DNA from: Longivirga aurantiaca
Lineage (GTDB): Bacteria > Actinomycetota > Actinomycetes > S36-B12 > CAIYMF01
Assembly (NCBI RefSeq): GCF_042660085.1
Contig: NZ_JBHSTI010000020.1
Span: forward strand, 1-5,833
Reading direction: 5' to 3'
Length of the DNA: 5,833 nt
Shown here: positions 1 through 5,833 of the stretch, one piece after another
Layout: every line of letters begins with the position of its first letter
Position numbering within the stretch: position 1 is the first letter of the stretch
Position numbers and translations under genes: made by a program
The notes under the pieces: model-generated
Database searches by the model: none
What the model saw: only the letters and a program-made list of their open reading frames with translations
What the model was told of the DNA's origin: nothing

Positions 1-835
1 ACACGCCGGCCGACACGGGCCGCACGGAGTGCTCCCAGCGGTCGGCGGGGGCCTCGTGCTCGCCCGGGTCCTTGCGGACGCGGGTGAGGAGGCCGAGCGC
101 GACGCCCGCGACGGTCGCGTGGATCCCGCTGGCGTGCATGAGCCCCCAGATGACGAGGGCGAGGGGGAGGTAGACCCACCACCCCTCGACCCGCAGCCGC
201 TGGAGCAGGATCCAGAGCCCCATGCCGACGATCGACAGCAGGAACGGCACGAGCGCGAAGCCGTACGAGTAGAAGACCGCGATCACGAGGATCGCGCCGA
301 GGTCGTCGACGACGGCGAGCGTCAGCAGGAACGCCCGCAGCGCCACCGGCAGGTTGCGGCCGAGGACCGCGAGCACCGCGAGGGCGAACGCGATGTCGGT
401 GGCCATGGGGATGCCCCAGCCGACCCGGGCGGCGGTGTCGCCCATGACCGTGACGGTCAGGGTGAACAGCAGCGCCGGCATCGCCATGCCGCCGAGCGCC
501 GCCACGACCGGGACGATGGCCTTGCGGCGGTCCGAGAGCGACCCGACCACGAGCTCGTGCTTCAGCTCGAGCCCCGCGACGAAGAAGAAGACGGCGAGCA
601 GGCCGTCGGCGGCCCAGGTGGCGAGGGTCAGGTCGAGGTGAAGCACGGCCGGGCCGACCACGATCTCGGTGAGCGAGGTGTAGGCGTCGCGCCACGGCGA
701 GTTGGCCCAGACGAGGGCGATGACGGCCGCGCCGAGCAGCAGGCCGCCGCCGACGGTCTCGTTGCGCAGGGCGGTGAGGACGTACGAGCGCTCGGCGAGC
801 GGCAACCGGTCGAACACGACGTTGGGCTGGCTCAC
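1..835 (-). CDS. nhaA: Na+/H+ antiporter NhaA, N-terminal about 278 codons. The gene is partial and continues past the left edge of the window.
   Basis: I translated the minus strand by hand from the GTG at 835..833. It reads VSQPNVVFDRLPLAERSYVLTALRNETVGGGLLLGAAVIALVWANSPW...GWGIPMATDIAFALAVLAVLG...LTLAVVDDLGAILVIAVFYS...VIWGLMHASGIHATVAGVALG and stays open to position 2. It contains the NhaA hallmarks GWxIPxATDIAFALGVL and the paired Asp motif xxDDLGAI (D177-D178 at 302..307), equivalent to E. coli D163/D164. A GGAGG Shine-Dalgarno sequence (complement of 840..844) lies 4 nt upstream of the GTG. The ORF track omits this gene, probably because its stop codon lies outside the window. Confidence 0.85.
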   Translation of the reverse strand, partial: MSQPNVVFDRLPLAERSYVLTALRNETVGGGLLLGAAVIALVWANSPWRDAYTSLTEIVVGPAVLHLDLTLATWAADGLLAVFFFVAGLELKHELVVGSLSDRRKAIVPVVAALGGMAMPALLFTLTVTVMGDTAARVGWGIPMATDIAFALAVLAVLGRNLPVALRAFLLTLAVVDDLGAILVIAVFYSYGFALVPFLLSIVGMGLWILLQRLRVEGWWVYLPLALVIWGLMHASGIHATVAGVALGLLTRVRKDPGEHEAPADRWEHSVRPVSAGV

Positions 836-983
836 GACACCTCCGTGCGGTCGGCGCCCGTCGTGCCGGCCGGGTGATCGGCCGACCTGCCGGGCGTGCG
901 GTCACGACGAGCGGACCCGTCGCCCGGGCACCGCGCCGACCAGACTTCCCGGCTCACCACCGTCCACCCTGCCACATCCGCAG

Positions 984-1023
984 CCCCCGGCCCCGGTGCA
1001 ATGAGCCGGGGACGCAGCGGGGG
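984..1023 (-). terminator. Bulged GC-rich hairpin directly abutting the acs stop codon; a candidate intrinsic terminator or 3'-end stabiliser without a U-tract.
   Basis: On the plus strand, CCCCCG (984..989) pairs with CGGGGG (1018..1023). The inner stem CCCCGG (991..996) pairs with CCGGGG (1006..1011) around the 9-nt loop tgcaatgag. The acs TGA is the complement of 1024..1026. No T/U run follows on the minus strand, so the call rests on structure only. Confidence 0.35.
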
Positions 1024-2982
1024 TCAGTCCTCGTTGGCGGCGCCGCTGGCGAGGCCCTCGCCGATGAGGTTCATGACGCTGGCGTCGGCGAGGGTGGTGG
1101 TGTCGCCGGTGGCGCGGCCCTCGGCGACGTCGCGCAGGAGACGGCGCATGATCTTGCCCGAGCGGGTCTTGGGGAGCTCGGGCACGACGAGGATCTGGCG
1201 CGGCTTGGCGATCGGGCCGATCTCGTGGGCGACGTGGTTGCGCAGGTCGGCCACCACGTGGTCGCCGGGGTCGACGCCCTCGCGCAGGATCACGAACGCG
1301 ACGATGCCCTGGCCGGTGGTCTCGTCGGTGGCGCCGACGACGGCCGCCTCGGCGACGACCGGGTGCGAGACGAGCGCGGACTCGACCTCGGTGGTCGAGA
1401 TCCGGTGGCCCGACACGTTCATGACGTCGTCGACGCGGCCGAGGAGCCAGATCGCGCCGTCCTCGTCGAGCTTGGCGCCGTCGCCGGCGAAGTAGAGGCC
1501 CTTCCAGCGCGACCAGTAGGTCTCGACGTAGCGGTCGTTGTCGCCCCAGATGCCGCGCAGCATGGACGGCCACGGCTCGGTCAGCACGAGGTAGCCGCCT
1601 CCGCCGTTGCCGACGGGGTGGGCCTCGTCGTCGACGACCTCGGCGTTGATGCCGGGGATCGCGGTCATCGCCGAGCCGGGCTTGGTCGCGGTGACGCCGG
1701 GCAGCGGGCTGATCATGATCGCGCCGGTCTCGGTCTGCCACCACGTGTCGACGATCGGGCAGCGGTCGCCGCCGATGACGCGGCGGTACCACATCCACGC
1801 CTCGGGGTTGATGGGCTCGCCCACCGACCCGAGCACGCGGAGGCTGGTCATGTCGAAGCCGGCAGGGATGTCCTCGCCCCACTTCATGAACGTGCGGATC
1901 GCCGTGGGCGCGGTGTAGAGGATCGAGACGCGGTACTTCTCGACGAGCTCCCACCAGCGGCCGTTGTGCGGCGTGTCGGGAGTGCCCTCGTACATGAGCG
2001 ACGTCGCCCCGTTGGCGAGCGGGCCGTAGACGACGTACGAGTGGCCGGTGACCCAGCCGATGTCGGCGGTGCACCAGTAGACGTCGGTGTCGGCCTTGAG
2101 GTCGAAGACGTTCTTGTGCGTGTACGACGCCTGCGTGAGGTAGCCGCCGGTCGTGTGCAGGATGCCCTTGGGCTTACCCGTGGTGCCCGAGGTGTAGAGG
2201 ATGAACAGCGGGTGCTCGGCGTCGAACGCCGTCGCCTCGTGCGTGGTCGACTGCGACCCCACGAGGTCGTGCCACCAGATGTCCTTGTCGGTCCACTCGA
2301 TGTCGTCCTGGCCCGTGCGCTTCACGACGAGCACGCTCTTGATCGACGGCGACGCCGCGACGGCCTCGTCGACCGCGGGCTTCAGCGCCATCGGCTTGCC
2401 GCGGCGGTTGCCGCCGTCGCACGTGATCACCAGGACCGCCTCGGCGTCCTCGATGCGCGAGCGCAGCGCCTCGGCGGAGAACCCGCCGAACACCACCGAG
2501 TGCACGGCGCCGATGCGTGCGCACGCGAGCATCGCGACCGCGGCCTCGGGGATCATCGGCAGGTAGATCGCGACGCGGTCGCCGGCCTTCACGCCGAGCG
2601 ACTCCAGCGCGTTCGCGGCCTGGCTCACCTCGGCCAGGAGCTCGGCGTAGGTGATGTCGCGGGTGTCGCCGGGCTCGCCCTCGAAGTGGTACGCCACCTT
2701 GTCGCCGCGCCCGGCCGCGACGTGCCGGTCGAGGCAGTTCACCGCGACGTTGAGCTTGCCGCCGTCGAACCACTTCACGAACGGCGCGTCCGACCAGTCG
2801 AGAGCCGTCGTCCACGGCGTCTCCCACTCGAGGGTCGCTGCCTGCTTCTCCCAGAACGCGACGCGGTCCGCCGAGGCCTCGGCGTACAGGTCGGCCGTCG
2901 CGTTGGCCTGCGCGGCGAACTCCGCCGACGGCGGGAAGGCGCGGTCCTCGTGGGACAGGTTCTCGATCGCGTCGTGGCTCAC
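1024..2982 (-). CDS. acs: Acetyl-CoA synthetase (acetate--CoA ligase, AMP-forming), 652 aa.
   Basis: The full-length ORF has an N-terminus typical of Acs ([23 protein letters not shown]). It also carries the AMP-binding P-loop motif [11 protein letters not shown], the WWQTETG motif, and the C-terminal A10 motif [14 protein letters not shown]. The start is a GTG at 2982..2980, preceded by GAGGAG (complement of 2987..2992) with a 4-nt spacer. Confidence 0.97.
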   Translation of the reverse strand: MSHDAIENLSHEDRAFPPSAEFAAQANATADLYAEASADRVAFWEKQAATLEWETPWTTALDWSDAPFVKWFDGGKLNVAVNCLDRHVAAGRGDKVAYHFEGEPGDTRDITYAELLAEVSQAANALESLGVKAGDRVAIYLPMIPEAAVAMLACARIGAVHSVVFGGFSAEALRSRIEDAEAVLVITCDGGNRRGKPMALKPAVDEAVAASPSIKSVLVVKRTGQDDIEWTDKDIWWHDLVGSQSTTHEATAFDAEHPLFILYTSGTTGKPKGILHTTGGYLTQASYTHKNVFDLKADTDVYWCTADIGWVTGHSYVVYGPLANGATSLMYEGTPDTPHNGRWWELVEKYRVSILYTAPTAIRTFMKWGEDIPAGFDMTSLRVLGSVGEPINPEAWMWYRRVIGGDRCPIVDTWWQTETGAIMISPLPGVTATKPGSAMTAIPGINAEVVDDEAHPVGNGGGGYLVLTEPWPSMLRGIWGDNDRYVETYWSRWKGLYFAGDGAKLDEDGAIWLLGRVDDVMNVSGHRISTTEVESALVSHPVVAEAAVVGATDETTGQGIVAFVILREGVDPGDHVVADLRNHVAHEIGPIAKPRQILVVPELPKTRSGKIMRRLLRDVAEGRATGDTTTLADASVMNLIGEGLASGAANED

Positions 2983-2986
2983 GTCG

Positions 2987-2992
2987 CTCCTC
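2987..2992 (-). promoter_or_regulatory. Shine-Dalgarno sequence of acs.
   Basis: The minus strand reads GAGGAG-cgac-GTG. Confidence 0.5.
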
Positions 2993-3096
2993 GGTTCTGG
3001 GGGTCGGCGGGTGCCGACGGGAGTCAGGTGTCGTTTCTACCGCAGGGCGGGGTTGCGGGGGAGGCTGCATGCCTAGGCTGCCCCGGTGAGCGTGCG

Positions 3097-3130
3097 GCCG
3101 AGGTGCCCCGGCGGACCGGGGCACCTCGGC
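3097..3130 (-). terminator. Perfect 15-bp stem with a 4-nt loop, located between actP and acs.
   Basis: GCCGAGGTGCCCCGG (3097..3111) and CCGGGGCACCTCGGC (3116..3130) are exact reverse complements. On the minus-strand RNA the loop is UCCG, which fits the UNCG tetraloop pattern. No U-tract follows the hairpin. Confidence 0.5.
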
Positions 3131-3138
3131 GCGGCTGC

Positions 3139-3170
3139 GGGGCGGCGCCGCTCTCGAACGACGCCGCCCC
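3139..3170 (-). terminator. 12-bp stem with an 8-nt loop, 5 nt downstream of the actP stop codon.
   Basis: The minus-strand RNA GGGGCGGCGUCG-UUCGAGAG-CGGCGCCGCCCC has 11 Watson-Crick pairs plus one G.U wobble. On the plus-strand transcript that wobble becomes a C.A mismatch, so the structure is better in the sense orientation of the operon. Confidence 0.45.
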
Positions 3171-3175
3171 ACGGC

Positions 3176-4780
3176 TCAGTGCGCGCCGGCCCCCGTGAGG
3201 GCTCGCACCTCGAGCTCGGGGTACTTCTCCTCGCTCGACTCCTCGCGCCCGGTCATCGTGCCGAGCCAGGCGCAGAAGAAGCCGAACGGGATCGAGATGA
3301 GCCCCGGGTTGTTGAGCGGGAACAGCGCCGGGGTCGTCGTCGAGAAGATCGACGTCGGCGTGCCGAAGCCCACCGGCGAGATCACGACGAGGATCAGGGC
3401 CATGCCGAGACCGCCGTAGATCCCCCACACCGCACCGCGGGTGGTGAACCGCTTCCAGAACAGCGAGAAGAGGATCGTCGGCAGGTTCGCCGACGCCGCG
3501 ACCGCGAACGCGAGCCCCACGAGGAACGCGATGTTCTGCTTCTGGGCGAGGATCCCGAGGATGATCGCGAGGACGCCGATCGCGATGGTCGCGAGCCGCG
3601 CCACCTTGACCTCCTCGGCCCCGGTCGCCTTGCCCTTCTTGATCACGTTGCCGTAGAAGTCGTGTGCGAACGACGAGCTCGACGCCAGCGTGAGCCCTGC
3701 GACCACCGCGAGGATCGTCGCGAAGGCGACGGCGCAGATGACCGACATGAGGACCGTGCCGCCGACCGAGCCGGCGCCGCCACCGAGGAACTGCGCGAGC
3801 AGGGGCGCCGCGGAGTTGCCGCCCTTGTCCGCCTCGGTGATGGCCTCCGACCCGACCAGAGCCGCAGCACCGAAGCCGAGGAACGTCGTCATGATGTAGA
3901 AGGCGCCGATGATGCCGATCGCCCAGTTGACCGACGTACGGGCCGCACGCGCGGTGGGGACGGTGTAGAAGCGCGTGAGGATGTGCGGGAGGCCGGCCGT
4001 GCCGAGCACCAGCGCGAGGCCGAGCGACAGCAGGTCGACCGGGTCCTTGTACTTGTTGCCGGGCGCGAGGAAGTTCGGGTTGCCGCTCGCGTCCTGAGCC
4101 GCGGTCAGCATCGTCGAGACGTTGAAGTTGAACTTCATGAGGACGAGCACCGAGATCAGGATCGTGCCGCCCATGAGCAGCAGGGCCTTGATGATCTGCA
4201 CCCAGGTGGTCGCCTTCATGCCGCCGACGATCACGTAGACGATCATCAGCGCGCCGACCGCGGCGATGGTGAGGCTCTTGCCCGCGTCGGACGTGATGCC
4301 GAGCAGGAGCGAGACCAGTGCACCCGCGCCGGCCATCTGGGCCAGCAGGTAGAACAGCGAGATCGTCAGGGTGGAGATCGACGCCGCGGTGCGTACGGGG
4401 CGCTGGCGCAGGCGGTAGGCCAGGACGTCGGCCATCGTGAACTTGCCTGAGTTGCGCAGCGGCTCGGCCACGAACAGCAGCACGACGAGGTACGCGACGA
4501 GGAAGCCGACGCTGTAGAGGAAGCCGTCGTAGCCGTAGAGGGCGATCAGCCCTGCGATGCCGAGGAAGGAGGCTGCCGACATGTAGTCGCCGGAGATGGC
4601 GATGCCGTTCTGGATGCCGCCGATCGAGCGGCCCGCGGCGTAGAAGTCCTCCGCGTTCTTGGTCTTGCGCCCCATCACCACGGTGATGCCGAGGGTGATG
4701 CCGACGAAGACGAGGAAGAGCACGATCGCGAGGATCCGCTGGGAGTCGCTGGTGATCGCGGCTGCGAGGGTCGTGGTCAC
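3176..4780 (-). CDS. actP: Cation/acetate symporter ActP (sodium:solute symporter family), 534 aa.
   Basis: The translation is a polytopic membrane protein with strong recognisable similarity to E. coli ActP through blocks such as [66 protein letters not shown] and [10 protein letters not shown]. The GTG start at 4780..4778 lies 3 nt after the DUF485 stop. A GGGAG sequence (complement of 4789..4793) sits 8 nt upstream of the start. Confidence 0.93.
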   Translation of the reverse strand: MTTTLAAAITSDSQRILAIVLFLVFVGITLGITVVMGRKTKNAEDFYAAGRSIGGIQNGIAISGDYMSAASFLGIAGLIALYGYDGFLYSVGFLVAYLVVLLFVAEPLRNSGKFTMADVLAYRLRQRPVRTAASISTLTISLFYLLAQMAGAGALVSLLLGITSDAGKSLTIAAVGALMIVYVIVGGMKATTWVQIIKALLLMGGTILISVLVLMKFNFNVSTMLTAAQDASGNPNFLAPGNKYKDPVDLLSLGLALVLGTAGLPHILTRFYTVPTARAARTSVNWAIGIIGAFYIMTTFLGFGAAALVGSEAITEADKGGNSAAPLLAQFLGGGAGSVGGTVLMSVICAVAFATILAVVAGLTLASSSSFAHDFYGNVIKKGKATGAEEVKVARLATIAIGVLAIILGILAQKQNIAFLVGLAFAVAASANLPTILFSLFWKRFTTRGAVWGIYGGLGMALILVVISPVGFGTPTSIFSTTTPALFPLNNPGLISIPFGFFCAWLGTMTGREESSEEKYPELEVRALTGAGAH

Positions 4781-4783
4781 TGG

Positions 4784-5185
4784 TCAGGCTCCCGTGCTCA
4801 GGTCGGCCTCGAGGAGCTCCTCGTCGGACGTGTGGGTGGGGTGCGCGCCGCGCAGGGCGTCGAGCCGCTCCACCTCCGCCTTGAGCTCGGTGGCCTCCGG
4901 GTCGATGTTCTTGTCGGCGTAGCGCGTGTACGCGATCGCGATCGCGAAGGTGCTGACGAACTGCAGCAGCGCGAAGATGTATCCGATGGTGATCGAGCCG
5001 ATGACGGGGGTCGCCATCCACTCTCGCTGCCATCCGGCGCAGTAGATGAGCAGCAGGTACCACGCCATGAACAGCGCGCCCATCGGGAAGATGAAGCGGC
5101 GGTAGCGGCTGCGCAGGTCGCGGAACTTCGGGCTCCGCTCGACGACGAGGTACGGGTCCTCGTGCGTGCTTTCGGTAGAGCTCAC
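4784..5185 (-). CDS. DUF485 (YjcH-like) small inner-membrane protein, 133 aa.
   Basis: The sequence SPKFRDLRSRYRRFIFPMGALFMAWYLLLIY...GYIFALLQFVSTFAIAIAYTRYA matches the DUF485 pattern: two predicted TM helices, an RRF-type motif before TM1, and LLQFVSTF in TM2. It sits immediately upstream of an ActP-family gene, which is the canonical DUF485 context. The GTG start at 5185..5183 is preceded by GGAGGAG (complement of 5191..5197) with a 5-nt spacer. Confidence 0.9.
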   Translation of the reverse strand: MSSTESTHEDPYLVVERSPKFRDLRSRYRRFIFPMGALFMAWYLLLIYCAGWQREWMATPVIGSITIGYIFALLQFVSTFAIAIAYTRYADKNIDPEATELKAEVERLDALRGAHPTHTSDEELLEADLSTGA

Positions 5186-5190
5186 TGGGA

Positions 5191-5197
5191 CTCCTCC
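5191..5197 (-). promoter_or_regulatory. Shine-Dalgarno sequence of the DUF485 gene.
   Basis: The minus strand reads GGAGGAG-tccca-GTG. Confidence 0.55.
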
Positions 5198-5231
5198 GGT
5201 CGGGACGTCCGATCGAGATGGACAGAGCGCC

Positions 5232-5247
5232 TGTGACCTCGGTCACC
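5232..5247. promoter_or_regulatory. Candidate CRP/GlxR-family (cAMP receptor protein) operator, TGTGA-N6-TCACc.
   Basis: The sequence is TGTGA cctcgg TCACc. It contains the perfect palindrome GTGACC-tc-GGTCAC at 5233..5246. Its centre lies about 54 nt upstream of the DUF485 start codon. Confidence 0.4.
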
Positions 5248-5463
5248 CGGCGGGAGCGAGTGTGGGTGCCGGCGATGCTGCGCGGAACGGGATGCCCCGT
5301 GCACCTCGCCGGGTGGCAGGCACGGCGAGCCGAGAGGGGCCCGACGGCCGTTGCGCCTGCGCCGAACGGTCCGGCCTGCGCGCCGAACGGCCGCCGCGTC
5401 CTGCAGGTGTGACGGGGCCGTGAACCGTTGGGCGCCGTGAGGTTTCGTGGGCAGACCGGCCGC

Positions 5464-5833
5464 TCAGCGGCGGGTGTCGAGCTCCTCGGGCGCGTGCAGG
5501 CGCGTCATCGCGCTGTCCGCCGTACGCCGTCCGCGGTCGGTCGTGCGCAGCGACACGATGATCCCGGCGGCGAACGCGAGCGGCACGGTCCACGCGGCCG
5601 GCTGGCCGAGGAGCGCGCCGACGATGCCCGTGAACGGACCTGCGGCGAGCACCAGCACGACGGCGAAGAGCGCCGTGCCGCCGCCGACCCACAGCGCGGC
5701 GAGGGCGCCCCGCGAGGTGAGGCGCGGCCACCAGATGCCGAGCACGAGCAGCGGGCAGAACGTCGAGGCCGCGACCGCGAAGGCGAGCGTCACCGTCTGC
5801 GCGAGGTTCGCGCGTCCGGCGACCAGTGCGAGG
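5464..5833 (-). CDS. Sodium:solute symporter family protein, an ActP-like paralog. Only the C-terminal about 122 codons are present; the gene continues past the right edge.
   Basis: The frame listed in the track (5464..5793) stays open upstream to the window edge, reading ...LALVAGRANLAQT before VTLAFAV. The segment [38 protein letters not shown] aligns with [38 protein letters not shown] of the downstream ActP. The GTG at 5793 is therefore almost certainly internal. Confidence 0.85.
   Translation of the reverse strand, partial: LALVAGRANLAQTVTLAFAVAASTFCPLLVLGIWWPRLTSRGALAALWVGGGTALFAVVLVLAAGPFTGIVGALLGQPAAWTVPLAFAAGIIVSLRTTDRGRRTADSAMTRLHAPEELDTRR

Noticed and set aside
849-887. The inverted repeat GGTCGGC ... 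GCCGACC, a 7-bp stem with a 25-nt loop, just upstream of the nhaA start.
   Set aside because: The stem is short and the loop is long. It is compatible with chance in GC-rich DNA, and I could not find a recognisable promoter or operator motif.
354-1004. Plus-strand ORFs 354..641 and 702..1004.
   Set aside because: They lie antisense to nhaA or cross the nhaA-acs spacer. Their translations are Ser/Thr/Ala/Arg/Pro-rich and unstructured, with no start-site signals.
902-3172. Minus-strand ORFs 902..2074 (390 aa) and 2174..3172 (332 aa).
   Set aside because: Both are out of frame with acs on the same strand. Their translations are Arg/Pro/Gly/His-rich with no motifs. They also cross the intergenic hairpin regions, which is inconsistent with real coding sequence.
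874-3198. A 774-aa plus-strand ORF, with nested plus-strand ORFs at 896..1495, 1607..1918, 2201..2566 and 2651..3076.
   Set aside because: It lies exactly antisense to the well-supported acs gene. The translation is Arg/Gly/Asp/Ala/Val/His low-complexity sequence with no recognisable motif. Long antisense ORFs are expected in stop-codon-poor high-GC DNA.
3086-4450. A 454-aa plus-strand ORF, plus the small plus-strand ORFs 3195..3419, 3441..3656, 3690..3899, 4659..4922 and 4832..5236, and the small minus-strand ORF 3643..3870.
   Set aside because: The plus-strand ORFs are antisense to actP or DUF485, and 3643..3870 lies on the minus strand out of frame with actP. Their composition is dominated by Arg/Glu/Asp/Gly repeats. 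They are shadow ORFs.
3024-5246. A 740-aa minus-strand ORF spanning the actP and DUF485 region.
   Set aside because: It is on the same strand as actP and DUF485 but out of frame with them. Its product is extremely Arg/Pro/His/Gly-rich (for example [20 protein letters not shown]) and has no membrane or enzymatic motifs. The in-frame ActP and DUF485 translations have clear family signatures.
5287-5329. Several small overlapping hairpins in the spacer: ACGGG-atgc-CCCGT at 5287..5300, CCGTGC/GCACGG at 5297..5325, and CTCGCCG/CGGCGAG at 5305..5329.
   Set aside because: Stems of 5 to 7 bp arise readily by chance in sequence this GC-rich. No flanking signal distinguishes them from background.
5408-5441. 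Three GTGA cores (tGTGAc 5408..5413, cGTGAa 5419..5424, cGTGAg 5436..5441). The first two are 11 bp apart. On the minus strand they read GTTCAC/CGTCAC, resembling a PHO-box direct repeat or CRP half-sites.
   Set aside because: Only a 4- to 5-nt core is shared. The match to the 11-nt PHO-box unit outside the TCAC core is poor. There is no TCACA partner at N6 to make a CRP site. The position immediately after the upstream stop codon is far from the DUF485 start.
5166-5731. ORFs in and around the DUF485 upstream spacer: 5166..5423 (+), 5218..5412 (+) and 5243..5731 (-, 162 aa).
   Set aside because: None has a Shine-Dalgarno sequence. Their composition is Arg/Ala/Pro/Gly-rich. The 162-aa ORF overlaps the symporter C-terminus out of frame. 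The spacer is better explained as a regulatory or structured non-coding region.
1-5833. A search for a novel defence, mobile or accessory system: CRISPR repeats, transposase or integrase genes, terminal inverted repeats, toxin-antitoxin pairs, tRNA-flanked islands, and compositional shifts.
   Set aside because: None was found. All supported genes belong to well-known transport or metabolism families. They share one strand and uniform high-GC composition, which fits core chromosome rather than an accessory island.

Overview
This is very GC-rich DNA, by eye well above 65% GC, with actinobacterial-style codon usage. I can support five genes, all on the minus strand. In minus-strand transcription order (high to low coordinates) they are: (1) the 3' end of an ActP-like sodium:solute symporter that runs off the right edge (5464..5833); (2) a DUF485/YjcH-family small membrane protein (4784..5185); (3) a cation/acetate symporter, ActP (3176..4780), whose start lies 3 nt after the DUF485 stop; (4) AMP-forming acetyl-CoA synthetase, Acs (1024..2982); and (5) the 5' part of an NhaA Na+/H+ antiporter that runs off the left edge (1..835). 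The supplied ORF track does not list NhaA; I recovered it by translating the minus strand by hand. Every long plus-strand ORF, and every out-of-frame minus-strand ORF, translates to Arg/Gly/Asp/Glu/Pro/His-rich low-complexity sequence. These are the usual shadow ORFs of stop-codon-poor high-GC DNA. I saw no tRNA, rRNA, CRISPR array, transposase, integrase or terminal inverted repeats. My assessment is that this is an ordinary core-metabolism locus for acetate uptake and activation plus an ion antiporter. I found no evidence of a novel multi-gene system. The items worth following up are regulatory: a CRP/GlxR-type palindrome (TGTGA-N6-TCAC) upstream of the DUF485-actP unit, two strong tandem hairpins between actP and acs, and a three-copy motif that can form mutually exclusive hairpins in the 278-nt spacer upstream of DUF485.
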